Source: Fimbriimonadales bacterium (GTDB lineage: Bacteria; Armatimonadota; Fimbriimonadia; Fimbriimonadales; ATM1). Taken from it: a stretch of 64,000 nt of DNA. Location of the stretch: positions 177,126-241,125 of the forward strand of contig JBGTLG010000041.1 of assembly GCA_041744215.1 (NCBI GenBank), given 5' to 3'. The notes under the pieces were generated by a model. That model worked only from the letters and a program-made list of their open reading frames with translations. It searched no databases and was not told the origin of the DNA. Within the stretch, counting starts at the first letter, position 1. Each line of letters starts with the position of its first letter. Position numbers and translations under genes: made by a program. Shown here piece by piece: positions 1-10,116 of this stretch.

Positions 1-55
1 CCGCGATCAGCACGCCGCCAGCTAAGAGCGCAAAGAATTTCCATCGGAGAATCAC
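1..55 (-). CDS. Partial CDS (N-terminus only), possibly a DUF58-family protein
   Basis: GTG at 55 reads MILRWKFFALLAGGVLIA and runs off the window edge. It is divergent from the RDD gene; the DUF58 guess rests only on this context. Confidence 0.3.
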   Translation of the reverse strand, partial: MILRWKFFALLAGGVLIA

Positions 56-85
56 CCAGATACCCCCTGAGGTACCCTCGAATCG

Positions 86-832
86 GTGCCGATTGAATAC
101 GCAGTCCTGACACCTGAGAAGGTCGCCGTAAAGTATCCGCTCGCTGGGATCGGGTCGCGGGTTTTTGCGTACCTCATCGACTTTGTCGTGATAATGATCC
201 TCCTTCAAGCAGTCGCCGTCGGGGTCGCACTGTTAGGAGTATTGTCGCAGGGTTTCGCGATGTTCGCGATGGCGATTTTGGGCCTATCAGTGGTCGTCGG
301 CTATCACATAGTACTCGAAGCTTTTTGGAACGGACAGACGCTCGGAAAGAAGGCGCTGGGCGTCCGGGTGAGGATGGCGGATGGATCGCCGGTAACGCCG
401 GGCGCGGCATTCCTGCGGAATGTGCTTCGGCTCGGGGACTTCCTGCCAAGTTTCTATACAGTAGGGCTGATGGCGATGTTCTTCACCGAAAAGAGCCAGC
501 GACTTGGGGACGTCGCAGCGAACACCATCGTCGTGAAGGAGCGACGCAACGTGGATCCGATCCCCCTCAGCAGCCCCTTGACCGAAGAGGAGCACCCCTT
601 GGAGGAACTCGTTGGCGACCTCCGCGGCATGACTATCGAGGAGTACCTCGCGGTGAAGACGTTGTGCGATCGGTATCCGGACTTGCCCAGAGAGGTCCAG
701 CAGAAACTTGTGCGAGAAGTGTGGCTGCCGGTCGCGAACCGCCACGGAGTCGGAGCGTACTACGACGTTCATCCGGTGTACCTCATGGAGGCGACGGTGA
801 TGAAGTACGCCCGCAGGAACGGACTTCTGTGA
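86..832 (+). CDS. RDD family membrane protein
   Basis: LAGIGSRVFAYLID, GQTLGKKALG, QRLGDVAANTIVV motifs; transmembrane helices. Confidence 0.9.
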   Translation: MPIEYAVLTPEKVAVKYPLAGIGSRVFAYLIDFVVIMILLQAVAVGVALLGVLSQGFAMFAMAILGLSVVVGYHIVLEAFWNGQTLGKKALGVRVRMADGSPVTPGAAFLRNVLRLGDFLPSFYTVGLMAMFFTEKSQRLGDVAANTIVVKERRNVDPIPLSSPLTEEEHPLEELVGDLRGMTIEEYLAVKTLCDRYPDLPREVQQKLVREVWLPVANRHGVGAYYDVHPVYLMEATVMKYARRNGLL

Positions 833-1066
833 ATAATCGTGTTGGAAACTTTGGTGTTCGGGTGTGGTCGGCTGCTACGCCTCCAGGGACTGGGGATAAC
901 TGGCCCGATTCCGCCTGCGTTATCCACATCAAACCCGGTACTTTTCCCATGCACAAGAGGCCAGCTTCTTATTCGAGTTGCCGACTTGTCCACATTAGGC
1001 CGGCTCTTAACAATCACAACGAGGAGCAGTTAAGTGCTTCTTGAATCATTCCGGGAATGTGGAGAA
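828..1066. promoter_or_regulatory. DnaA-box cluster (candidate oriC)
   Basis: TGTGAATAA 828-836, TGGGGATAA 891-899, TTATCCACA 920-928, TTGTCCACA 986-994, TGTGGAGAA 1058-1066; each within one mismatch of TTATNCACA. Confidence 0.7.
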
Positions 1067-2152
1067 CCGACTCGGTTCAAGACACTTCAGCTCAGGGACT
1101 TCCGGAACTACGAGTCCCTTAAGATTGAGTTCGGCGACACGGTCAACCTCATTATTGGACCGAACGCACAAGGCAAGTCGAACCTCCTTGAGGCGTTGTC
1201 TGTCATCTCGGTGACCCGCTCCTTCCGTGGTGCGAAAGATCGGTCGATGGTGCGCAGCGGTTGCGAGGTGGCTCTGGTTGGATCCGAAACCGAGGCAGGG
1301 GAGGTTTCGATCCGGATCCCAAGGCAAGGCAGGAGGTCGGCAGCTATAGGCGGGTCGGCGATCCCGCGTGTGCAAGATTTGATTGGCCGATTGCCCACCA
1401 TCAGTTTCTCGTCATCGGACATCGAGCTGATTACTGGAGAGCCATCCGCACGGAGACGGTTCCTTGACCTCGAGTTATCGCAGCTCAGCCCGAAGTATCT
1501 GGTCGCGTTCTCGGATTACCGGCGAGCTCTCGACCAGCGCAATGCATTGCTTAAGCAGATACGTGAGGGTTGGGAAGAGCCAGCTACATTGGACGTTTGG
1601 GACCACAAGCTGGCTGTCGCGGGCGCTTTAATGCGCCTTCACAGGCGAGCATTCGTCGAGTCGCTCTCATCGCTTGCGGCAACGAGGCACGGGGACCTGT
1701 CAGGGATCGAAGAGAGGTTGACTGTTCGGTACGCAAGTCAGGACGAAAGCGAGACGGAAGCAGAACTGCGTCAGAAACTCGAGGAGAAACGGAAGACGGA
1801 CATCGTTATTGGATCTACCTCGGTAGGCCCGCATCGTGATGACCTAGTGATCGAGATAGAGAGCCTTGGCGCTTCTGCGTTTGGGAGTCAAGGCCAGCAA
1901 AGAACCGCACTTCTCGCGATCAAGTTAGCTCAAGTCGACTACTGGCGCGCGCGCGAGGGACGGATACCAGCCCTGCTCCTTGATGACATTCTCAGCGACC
2001 TCGACGCCGCTCGACGTCGCCAGGTATTGAGCGTGTCCGGATCACTAGGGCAAGTCTTTGTTACTGCGACGGACCTCCAATCCGTCAGCGATAGTGTATC
2101 AGGTTCAGCCTCAATCTTCAACATATCCCAGGGGAAGGTCTCAGGGGCTTGA
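1034..2152 (+). CDS. recF: DNA replication/repair protein RecF
   Basis: FRNY, Walker A GPNAQGKSN, GPHRDDL, SQGQQR, LLLDD motifs; GAGGAG RBS. Confidence 0.95.
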   Translation: MLLESFRECGEPTRFKTLQLRDFRNYESLKIEFGDTVNLIIGPNAQGKSNLLEALSVISVTRSFRGAKDRSMVRSGCEVALVGSETEAGEVSIRIPRQGRRSAAIGGSAIPRVQDLIGRLPTISFSSSDIELITGEPSARRRFLDLELSQLSPKYLVAFSDYRRALDQRNALLKQIREGWEEPATLDVWDHKLAVAGALMRLHRRAFVESLSSLAATRHGDLSGIEERLTVRYASQDESETEAELRQKLEEKRKTDIVIGSTSVGPHRDDLVIEIESLGASAFGSQGQQRTALLAIKLAQVDYWRAREGRIPALLLDDILSDLDAARRRQVLSVSGSLGQVFVTATDLQSVSDSVSGSASIFNISQGKVSGA

Positions 2153-2595
2153 GGCGAGAACCAAACAGCATTCAAAACCTGATGATGTCGGGTTTCGGCC
2201 GGCCGGAGATCGTGCGGCTTGTCAGGGCAAGGCGCGTGTGGGCTCGCTGGAGCGAGGTAGTCGGCGAGGCGCTCGCTACGAAGTGCGCGCCGAGTCGTTT
2301 TGCGACAGGCACGTTATGGATAAAGGTGTCTGGCGCATCGTGGGCGCAAGAGATGCGAATGCAAAAGAAGCTTTTACTTGCAAAGCTCAATGCAATCGAA
2401 AACGTTTTTGAGGATCTGCGATTTGAGGTCGGCTCAGTCGATGCGCAAGTTGTTGAGAGCGATGCTGTTCACGAGCCGATTGAACCGGAAGAAGTCGATG
2501 TGCAATTCAAAGTAGCGGAGTTTGAAGAGGTCGGGCGACGTGTTCTCGGAAAGATGAAGGCGTTGTCGCGCAAGCGCAATGTGGAAGAGAGTTGA
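2149..2595 (+). CDS. DUF721/DciA-family helicase loader
   Basis: W..VVG..LA...P....GTLWIKV....WAQEM pattern; directly after recF, the usual position. Confidence 0.8.
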   Translation: MRREPNSIQNLMMSGFGRPEIVRLVRARRVWARWSEVVGEALATKCAPSRFATGTLWIKVSGASWAQEMRMQKKLLLAKLNAIENVFEDLRFEVGSVDAQVVESDAVHEPIEPEEVDVQFKVAEFEEVGRRVLGKMKALSRKRNVEES

Positions 2596-4036
2596 GAATC
2601 GCTATCCTCACTTTTGCCATAGGCCAACAGTAGCCTGTTTACCGTCGTTCTTTGCGGGTTTATTGGCAATCTATTCGTTCTGGTTCCTGTTGCTCGTTCC
2701 GATATCTTGCTTGTTTGCTCGACGATACTTGCTGCTTGCCGCCTCGCTTTTTGCGCTGGGTTTTCTGCGGAGTGTGTTTGCCCCTATCCCTGGCCCTGCG
2801 CTAGTACCTGGCGAATATGAAGTGACGGGCATAGTGACGCAGACACCAAACCTAAGGCTCAACACACAATCGTTTGTCATCCGTTCTGAAGAAAGGAAGT
2901 TACTGATCACGGCGCGGGCATCGCAGTGGGTTATGGCGGGTGACTGCGTGAAGGTTACTGGCACGGTATTGCCAATCAAAAGCGAATCGCGTGCGTACTG
3001 GATACGCAGGGGCGTGTCGCAGTCCATGTTCGTGGTGTTTGGAGGCTCTGTCGAGTTGATAACGCCAGGCAGAGGGCTAGCAGCGATCGGCTCGGAGTGG
3101 CGCACAAGGACATGGTCGCGATTAGTCACGCACCTACCGAAGGAGCGTGCTGGCTTGGCAATGGGAATAGTCGCAGGTCAGCAAGGTCTCGTTCCCCCTC
3201 AGACACACGAGAATATGAAGCGCGCCGGAACATTGCACCTCCTCGCCACTAGTGGCTTCAACGTGCTGCTACTGGCAGGTGCGTTGATGTTTTTGATTGC
3301 CCATCTCCCAGTTCCGAAACCTGTACAGTGCGCGTTAGCAATCGCACTACTTCTGATTTATTGCTTCGCAGTTGGCTCAAAACCCCCTGTTCTCAGGGCG
3401 ACGGCCATGGCGAGCACGTTCTTTGCGATTCAAGCCTTTCGGCGGACGCCAGACACGCTCTCACTCCTCGCGCTCGCAGCAATCGGGTTCGCCCTGCTCG
3501 AGCCCGCAGCGGTTCTCGACGCTGGATATCAGCTGAGCTTCCTTGCCGTTGCGGCGCTAATACTGTTTTTCCCGCCTGCTAACCGGGCCCTAGTCAAGAG
3601 AACGGCGAGCGTTCGGAGCGGCGTTGCTAAGATGGTGGCGCGGTTAGTCGGAGCTTCGCTTATCGTGACGGTAATCGCTCAGCTCGGATCCGCTCCAATC
3701 CTCGCGTATCACTTCGGCGGAATCTCGATCGTTGCGCCGATCGCAAATCTGCTCACCGCTGCGACGGTTCCCTTTGTCTACGCTGGGGTCGGGCTTGGGC
3801 AGCTGTTCTCCTACGTTCACGATTCGGTGTCGTACGGCTTTGATTTCGGTGTTGCGGGTGTCGCATGCTCCTGGATCGAGTGGATCAACTCCGCGCTCGG
3901 CTCGCCCGCATGGTCGTTTCTTGAGTTCGAGCCCATTCCGGGCTGGGCGGCCGCGACTTTGGTGGGCATTTTCCTCTTGTCGAGCCGGCCCTACGTTGTG
4001 AGACCGGATGAAATGGTCGACGAAGATATACTGTGA
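2579..4036 (+). CDS. comEC: ComEC/Rec2 competence membrane protein (no C-terminal MBL domain)
   Basis: GTLHLLATSGFNV, PPVLRA, GYQLSF motifs; many TM helices. Confidence 0.88.
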   Translation: MWKRVENRYPHFCHRPTVACLPSFFAGLLAIYSFWFLLLVPISCLFARRYLLLAASLFALGFLRSVFAPIPGPALVPGEYEVTGIVTQTPNLRLNTQSFVIRSEERKLLITARASQWVMAGDCVKVTGTVLPIKSESRAYWIRRGVSQSMFVVFGGSVELITPGRGLAAIGSEWRTRTWSRLVTHLPKERAGLAMGIVAGQQGLVPPQTHENMKRAGTLHLLATSGFNVLLLAGALMFLIAHLPVPKPVQCALAIALLLIYCFAVGSKPPVLRATAMASTFFAIQAFRRTPDTLSLLALAAIGFALLEPAAVLDAGYQLSFLAVAALILFFPPANRALVKRTASVRSGVAKMVARLVGASLIVTVIAQLGSAPILAYHFGGISIVAPIANLLTAATVPFVYAGVGLGQLFSYVHDSVSYGFDFGVAGVACSWIEWINSALGSPAWSFLEFEPIPGWAAATLVGIFLLSSRPYVVRPDEMVDEDIL

Positions 4037-4040
4037 TTCA

Positions 4041-4418
4041 ATGCCGTAGTCGCTTGAAGACTACGCCAACGCAGCTCGTGAGACGGTTTCCGAAATCCAA
4101 CCCGTTGACGTCGAACGCTTCGTTTCTGAGGGATGGATTCTGCTGGATGTTCGCGAACCGGATGAGTTCAGCGAAGGACACATCGAAGGCGCATACAATG
4201 TGCCAAGAGGAATGCTTGAGGTGCGAGCGGACCACGAACACCGTAAGCGCGACCCTAAGCTGCAAGATCGGGCACTTCGGATTGTATGTTACTGCGGCGG
4301 TGGCTATCGTAGCCTCCTTGCCGCAAAGGTTCTGAAAGAGATGGGATTTGCGGATGCAGTCAGTTTGTCCGGCGGCTGGCGGAGTTGGACGAAAGCAGGA
4401 TTACAGACCACTCGCTAA
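4041..4418 (+). pseudogene. Rhodanese-like protein with in-frame TAG at codon 3
   Basis: ATG CCG TAG, then an open frame: SLEDYANAARE...LLDVREPDEFSEGHIEGA...YCGGGYRS...LSGGW. Confidence 0.75.
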
Positions 4419-4530
4419 GGCGACGATCGCGATTTACAACACCGACTCGCCCTGCCCGTTACCGATCCCCCCACATTCTCTATGACACTGAAAACTCAAT
4501 ATGCTGAGTTGCGCCGCGTCATTCCAGAAC

Positions 4531-5835
4531 TTAAGGCTGCAGTTCGACGACGAAGCGCGCATAGCTCTCGTAGCCTGACCGCCGCCCGGTTCTCGCATCG
4601 GAAGACGAAAGGCTCACGCCCGCGCTGTGGACGACCAATCTGTTGCCAGTAACGAGGAACTTCAGCGGATCATCGCTGAGTGGATCTGCGGGGTCGACAC
4701 CCGCGAGGTCCGCGGCCTCCGATAACGTTGGCCACGCGCCTGCTTCCTGCCGGAGCCGGACCGCAGCGACCCCGATGCGCGTGACTTTACAGGCCGCGCT
4801 CGCCAGGAGAACTTGCTCGGCGACCCGGTGGAACCGCGGCGCTAACCACTTTGCGAGGCCCATGCCCGGATCGAGGAACGCACTCGTGGCGCGGAGCTTG
4901 CGTCGAACTTCGGTCAGCGCTTCCGGATCCGGCCAAACGCACGCACTTTCGACCGTGTACACAGCCAGAGCCTCCTCTGCGCCTCCGCCGCCCCTCACGT
5001 AATACCAATCATGAACGCCTCCGCTTCGATGCATGTACGAAGACGCTGGCCGCTCAGAGTTACGAATCTCTTGAGTTGCGTGACGGAGGCCCGCCAGTTC
5101 TTCGCCAAGGACATTCGGCGAAATGTCAATGTTAAGTTGGTTCGCCACGCTCTGTAACTTTGAGAGCCCCTCTGCGTTCTGCTGTAATCCAACTGTTGCA
5201 GCAGCGATTGTATACGACAGCGAATGCAACGTGGAAGCTGTCGCAGTTGTGCCGGCGAGAAACGGTTGCGCGTCCATGATCTTGATGATTTGGAGGCAGG
5301 ACTCAAAGTCGTCGATCGCTCCGTCAGCATCGTCAAGTCGGGCGCACAAAACCGCTCGAGCGGAGATGAGCAAGATCGCATCACGAAAGTCTCCTAGTTC
5401 AGGAAACAGCTCGGAGTACGGACCGCTCCACTTCTTCTCTTGGACAAATGGGCCCAGCGCTGCCGCCTCCTTGTAGAGCTTAATCTTGTCGCTCGCGGCA
5501 GCCATCACGATCTTTGCTGTGCGGAGGTCTGTGTGCTGGCGCACTCGCAGCCCGCGCACCACCTCCGCGGGTCGGATGCCCTCGGGGAGTGCGCCGAACG
5601 CCGGTGCAGCTCGAGCCCTTGCCCACGCCTCCTCGGCGCGAAGGTTCGGCCCCGGGAGGGCGGCTACCATTTCCTCAAGATCGGTGACGAGACCCATTGA
5701 TTTCGCCTCGGACAGAGCGTCCTCCAGCGGACCGGCTGCCCCCCCGTTGGCAATGATGCGCGCGATGGCAAGCGCCGCCATACCCAGGAGAAGAAGCGCG
5801 AACCCTGTTCCGAGAAGAAACCTTCTGCGGGTCAT
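4531..5835 (-). CDS. Hypothetical exported or membrane-anchored protein
   Basis: 434-aa ORF; TRRRFLL plus hydrophobic N-terminus; C-terminal DPLSDDPLKF...VVHSAG resembles a GspG-like tail. Confidence 0.7.
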   Translation of the reverse strand: MTRRRFLLGTGFALLLLGMAALAIARIIANGGAAGPLEDALSEAKSMGLVTDLEEMVAALPGPNLRAEEAWARARAAPAFGALPEGIRPAEVVRGLRVRQHTDLRTAKIVMAAASDKIKLYKEAAALGPFVQEKKWSGPYSELFPELGDFRDAILLISARAVLCARLDDADGAIDDFESCLQIIKIMDAQPFLAGTTATASTLHSLSYTIAAATVGLQQNAEGLSKLQSVANQLNIDISPNVLGEELAGLRHATQEIRNSERPASSYMHRSGGVHDWYYVRGGGGAEEALAVYTVESACVWPDPEALTEVRRKLRATSAFLDPGMGLAKWLAPRFHRVAEQVLLASAACKVTRIGVAAVRLRQEAGAWPTLSEAADLAGVDPADPLSDDPLKFLVTGNRLVVHSAGVSLSSSDARTGRRSGYESYARFVVELQP

Positions 5836-5875
5836 CTTGCATTCATACGTATTTGCGGCGCAGAACGTAAGCAGG

Positions 5876-8488
5876 CTACATAGCTCGAAACTGAGAGATG
5901 CGCGTGTTCATTTTGTCAATTTGCGCTTCGAGGCTTCCCACCGCTTGCTGGTCGCGCTCAACGATTTCGGGCTTTGCCCGCTCGACGAAGCTTGGGTTAT
6001 CGAGCCGCGCGCGAATCGGTTTCAGTTCTTCTTGCAGCTTGGTCATCTCCTTTTCCAGCCGCGCCAACTCTTTCGCCGGATCCACGAGGCCCTCGACCGG
6101 GAGGTGGATATCCACGCCTTCGACGGTCGAACTGACGTGCACTGCGTGCGGAGTGGACTCTTCTATCTTTTCAAACCTCGCCTGCGTACGGATCATTTCT
6201 GTGTCGCCGTCAAAACCGACGACGTGCAGCGTTGGCAAAACCAGACCGGGAGATAGTCCGAACTCTTGTCGCAGGTTTCTTGCCGAACGAACGATCTCTT
6301 GCCTTATGGCCATTTCCGCTTCCGCAGGGCTGTCATGCCATTCCTCTGGCGCTTCTGGCCAATCTACGTAGTCGAGGAAAGCTCCGTCGTCGACGCCTGG
6401 GAGCTTGTGCCAGATTTCCTCTGTGATGTGCGGCATAAACGGGTGCATGAGCCTGCAGAACGAATCCATGCACGTGTAAAGCACTCGCTGTGGCGTCACC
6501 CGACTTGCGTTATCTGCAAGTCGGGACTTCACAATCTCGATGTACCAGTCGCAGAAATCGCTCCAAAAGAATTCATTGAGCGCTTTGCAGGCGTCCATCA
6601 TGTTGTAATTCTTTAGGGCGTCATTAACCGCCTTAGAACACCCGTAGAGCCTTGAAAGAATCCATTTGTCCTCAAGTTTTAGATCGGTTAGTTCACCGTG
6701 CTCATAGCCTTCAAGATTCATTAGCACGAACCGGGATGCGTTCCAAATCTTGTTGCAGAAGTTTCGGGCCTCCTCGATGCGCTTATCACCAAATCGTATC
6801 TCTTGGTTGTGTCCGGTTTGAACAAGCAACGAGAAGCGCATTGCGTCTGCGCCGAAGTTGTCGATGTAGGCAAGCGGATCCACCCCTGTTCCGAGGGACT
6901 TGCTCATGCGCTTCCCGTCGTCGGTAAGCACGGTCGCGTAAACATATACGTCGCGGAACGGCACTTCTTTCATCTGATCGAGTCCGTCCATGATCATTCT
7001 TGCAACCCAGAGATAAATGATGTCGCGTGCTGTCACAAGAACGTTCGTCGGATAGTAGTCACGCAGCGTATCGGTTTCCTCTGGCCAACCGAGCGTTGCG
7101 AATGGCCATAGCGCGCTCGAAAACCACGTGTCGAGCACGTCCGGGTCCGCCGTTACTGGCTTTCCGGCCTTCACTTCGGCCTCGCGCTCGTTCATAGCCG
7201 CGACGGCCGTGCCGTCATCTGTGTAGTAGACAGGTACTCGGTGGCCCCACCAGAGTTGCCTGCTCAGGCACCAGTCTCGGATGTTCTCCATCCAGCTCAG
7301 ATACACATCAGTATAACGTTCCGGCGTAAACTTTACATTTCCAGATCGAACGGCCTCGATCGCCGGTGCTGCGAGTGCTTTCATCCTGCAGAACCACTGC
7401 TCGCTTAGCAGCGGCTCAATCACCTGCCCGCTGCGGTCACTGATCTTCAGAGGAATGTCGTAGTCCTCGATCTTCTCGACAAGGCCCTGCGCCTCCATTT
7501 CGGCAACGATGCGCTTTCGCGCTTCGTAGCGATCCAATCCGTGAAATGGAGTGCCCTCCGCTATCACCTTTGCGTTTTCGTCGATGCAAACAGGAACTGT
7601 GTTGATGTCGATTCCCATTCGCATTCCAACTTCATAGTCGTTGGGATCGTGAGCCGGTGTTATCTTGACTGCACCGCTTCCAAACTCTGGGTCTGGGTAT
7701 TCATCCAGAATCAGCGGTATCTCGCGATCCGTCAACGGTAAGCGCAACATTTTGCCGGTGAGGTTTTTGTATCGCGCATCCTTTGGATTTACTGCGACTG
7801 CAACGTCGGCGAGCATCGTCTCGGGCCGGGTCGTCGCGATGACCACATGGCCGGATCCGTCGGCGAGCGGATACTTGAAATGGTATAACTTTCCTCGCCT
7901 AACTTCATCATATACTTCGATATCGCTTACGCTGGTCTTTAGGCCTGGATCCCAATTCACGATGCGCTTTCCTCGGTAGATGAGGCCCCGTTCGTACCAG
8001 TCGATGAACACTTTCAGAACTGCGTCGTGGTAAGCGGGATCCATCGTGAATCGCTCGCGGCTCCAATCGTAAGCGAATCCCAATCGTTTGAACTGCTTGA
8101 GAATGGTTCCGCCTGATTCGTCTTTCCACTTCCACACGCGATCGACAAACAGTTCACGGCCCAAATCGAATCGCGTTTTTCCTTCCGCTTTGAGTTGCGC
8201 TTCGACAACTTTTTGCGTTGCGATTCCCGCGTGATCGGTGCCAGGAAGAACAAGCACTTCAAAGCCTTGCATTCTTTTCCATCGCCCTAAGACGTCTTGA
8301 ATGGAGTAACAGAGGGCATGCCCCATATGAAGGCTGCCAGTGACGTTGGGCGGCGGGATCGTGATGCAATACCGCCGGTCAGACCGGCGATACTCTGGCC
8401 GGAAAAGCCCGGCAAACTCCCAATTGCGATACCATTTTTCTTCCACCTGCTTCGGATCGTAGCGGGTGGAAAGCGTCGAATCCGTCAT
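5876..8488 (-). CDS. valS: Valine--tRNA ligase
   Basis: PPPNVTGSLHMGH, GTDHAGIATQ, RMSKS, C-terminal coiled coil. Confidence 0.98.
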   Translation of the reverse strand: MTDSTLSTRYDPKQVEEKWYRNWEFAGLFRPEYRRSDRRYCITIPPPNVTGSLHMGHALCYSIQDVLGRWKRMQGFEVLVLPGTDHAGIATQKVVEAQLKAEGKTRFDLGRELFVDRVWKWKDESGGTILKQFKRLGFAYDWSRERFTMDPAYHDAVLKVFIDWYERGLIYRGKRIVNWDPGLKTSVSDIEVYDEVRRGKLYHFKYPLADGSGHVVIATTRPETMLADVAVAVNPKDARYKNLTGKMLRLPLTDREIPLILDEYPDPEFGSGAVKITPAHDPNDYEVGMRMGIDINTVPVCIDENAKVIAEGTPFHGLDRYEARKRIVAEMEAQGLVEKIEDYDIPLKISDRSGQVIEPLLSEQWFCRMKALAAPAIEAVRSGNVKFTPERYTDVYLSWMENIRDWCLSRQLWWGHRVPVYYTDDGTAVAAMNEREAEVKAGKPVTADPDVLDTWFSSALWPFATLGWPEETDTLRDYYPTNVLVTARDIIYLWVARMIMDGLDQMKEVPFRDVYVYATVLTDDGKRMSKSLGTGVDPLAYIDNFGADAMRFSLLVQTGHNQEIRFGDKRIEEARNFCNKIWNASRFVLMNLEGYEHGELTDLKLEDKWILSRLYGCSKAVNDALKNYNMMDACKALNEFFWSDFCDWYIEIVKSRLADNASRVTPQRVLYTCMDSFCRLMHPFMPHITEEIWHKLPGVDDGAFLDYVDWPEAPEEWHDSPAEAEMAIRQEIVRSARNLRQEFGLSPGLVLPTLHVVGFDGDTEMIRTQARFEKIEESTPHAVHVSSTVEGVDIHLPVEGLVDPAKELARLEKEMTKLQEELKPIRARLDNPSFVERAKPEIVERDQQAVGSLEAQIDKMNTRISQFRAM

Positions 8489-8525
8489 TCGATTTCACCT
8501 TCCTGTCGCGAAAGCTGGCGGAAGT

Positions 8526-9017
8526 TTACCTTTCAGAATCGATGACGGTCTTGATCGCGTCGTAAGACTCTTCGAGGCTCTGCGGCAGGACCCGCACCTC
8601 ACCGACAACCGGCATAAAGTTGGTATCGCCCGACCACCTTGGCACGATGTGCCAGTGGAGATGATCCTCTATGCCTGCCCCTGCGGCTCGGCCGAGATTC
8701 GCTCCTACATTGAAGCCCTCTGGGTGATATGCCGCCGACAGCCAACGGATGCAGTCGCGGACGAGCTGCTGTACCTCAAGCAACTCACTATCATCGAGGT
8801 CAGCCATGTCAGATGTGTGTTTATAAGGCGCGACCATGAGGTGGCCATTGTTATAAGGAAATGCGTTCATGATAACGAACGCAGTTGTGCCGCGAAAGAT
8901 GATGAGGTTTTTGCGGTCGTCCGATTCAGCGGGCAAGTCGACGAAGATGCACTCGCCCCCCCCGTCTTTGGCGGCTTTGATGTAAGCGTATCTCCAGGGG
9001 GCCCAGAGCCGATCCAT
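8526..9017 (-). CDS. HIT family protein (Ap4A phosphorylase-like)
   Basis: LWAPWR, NAFPYNNGH, HLHWHIVPRW. Confidence 0.92.
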   Translation of the reverse strand: MDRLWAPWRYAYIKAAKDGGGECIFVDLPAESDDRKNLIIFRGTTAFVIMNAFPYNNGHLMVAPYKHTSDMADLDDSELLEVQQLVRDCIRWLSAAYHPEGFNVGANLGRAAGAGIEDHLHWHIVPRWSGDTNFMPVVGEVRVLPQSLEESYDAIKTVIDSER

Positions 9018-9433
9018 CAGTCCTTCACCGGCGAATTGACAATGAGGATACGTGTTACCTGCTCGTCTGCCGAGATCTCGACCTTGATGTAGCCTCCTGC
9101 GCGCTCAAAGGTGAGTGATTTCGGTCTGGCGACCTCAATGTCCGGCTCGCCCAGCTTTTCCCGGTAGAACGCTTCGACTTCCTTCGCGATTGACTTCGTC
9201 GCGAACTCAGCGCGCTTGAGGGTTCCGGGGCCTTTAATCTCGGTTGTGAATGATATGACGTCAGAGCCTGGGAAGATCGGCGCGCCCAGATCCTGCTCCG
9301 TGACTGTAGGCGTGTACATCGTCGGCAGCTTTCTTTGGCGCGGCGTGGTGTCGCTGGCCGGAGCATCCGATTCGAGCGACGCTCCGCAACCCACCGAAAC
9401 AGCGATAGTCAGCGCCGAAAGCAGCATTCTCAT
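9017..9433 (-). CDS. Hypothetical lipoprotein
   Basis: Start at ATG 9433; signal with SVGC lipobox; stop abuts the HIT start. Confidence 0.7.
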   Translation of the reverse strand: MRMLLSALTIAVSVGCGASLESDAPASDTTPRQRKLPTMYTPTVTEQDLGAPIFPGSDVISFTTEIKGPGTLKRAEFATKSIAKEVEAFYREKLGEPDIEVARPKSLTFERAGGYIKVEISADEQVTRILIVNSPVKD

Positions 9434-9491
9434 GACGGGAAACTGTACCTTCCAATGTTGCTGTCGCCCAACTGTCGAGTAAGATTGTCGC

Positions 9492-10034
9492 GTGGCAGTG
9501 ATCAGGCGGTATCGAAGTCTCGCTCCTTTCACAGCCGAGGAGTTGGTGGACGCGGCAAACCGCTTGCTCCGCACCGGTCGCGGGAGGGAGTTGACAAAAC
9601 GGACCGTGCGCTACTACGTGTCCCAGGGATTGATCCCCCCACCGCTAGGTCCATCCAAGTTCGCGAGGTACACCTATCAGCACCTCCTCCTGCTTCTAAT
9701 CGTGCGCGCCTCGCTCGACCACGGCCACCGTTTAGAGCTCATCGCGAAGAACCTTGCTGACCTTGAAAGCGCTCCGGACGAAGCCCTCGAGGCCGAGGCG
9801 GCTAGATGGCTAAGGGGGGAGCACAGCGAACAACACAAGGCATTCGAATCCTCATTCGCAGCCGGCATGGTCATGGAGCCTGCGCTCGAATACGCTTCGC
9901 CGGGCCCTGCCTTTGGGAAGCTCGTCCTTCGGATCGAACTGACTCGGCATACGACGCTCGAGGTCGATGCGGGCGCCGACCTCCGATCGGAGCTTCGTGC
10001 GGCACTAGCAGAACTTAGAAGAAAAGTCGATTGA
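9492..10034 (+). CDS. MerR-like HTH transcriptional regulator
   Basis: RTVRYYVSQGLIPPP...ARYTYQHL winged-HTH signature. Confidence 0.85.
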   Translation: MAVIRRYRSLAPFTAEELVDAANRLLRTGRGRELTKRTVRYYVSQGLIPPPLGPSKFARYTYQHLLLLLIVRASLDHGHRLELIAKNLADLESAPDEALEAEAARWLRGEHSEQHKAFESSFAAGMVMEPALEYASPGPAFGKLVLRIELTRHTTLEVDAGADLRSELRAALAELRRKVD

Positions 10035-10038
10035 CCTC

Positions 10039-10087
10039 TTGACAGTTCACGACAGTTGCGGTACACTATAGCTGTCGTGCAACTGTA
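10039..10087 (+). promoter_or_regulatory. Sigma70 promoter overlapped by an operator of GACAGTT repeats
   Basis: TTGACA 10039-10044, 17-nt spacer, TACACT 10062-10067; GACAGTT at 10041 and 10051 with inverted copies at about 10071 and 10081. Confidence 0.75.
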
Positions 10088-10116
10088 CGGCAATTCAAAA
10101 TGCGAGGAGGTCGCAC

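Noticed and set aside
839-1033. 64-aa ORF between the RDD gene and recF
   Set aside because: No protein motifs; the region is better explained as a DnaA-box cluster.
4047-4049. Genome-wide TAG recoding
   Set aside because: valS, atpD and others end at TAG at their expected C-termini, and only one internal TAG was seen.
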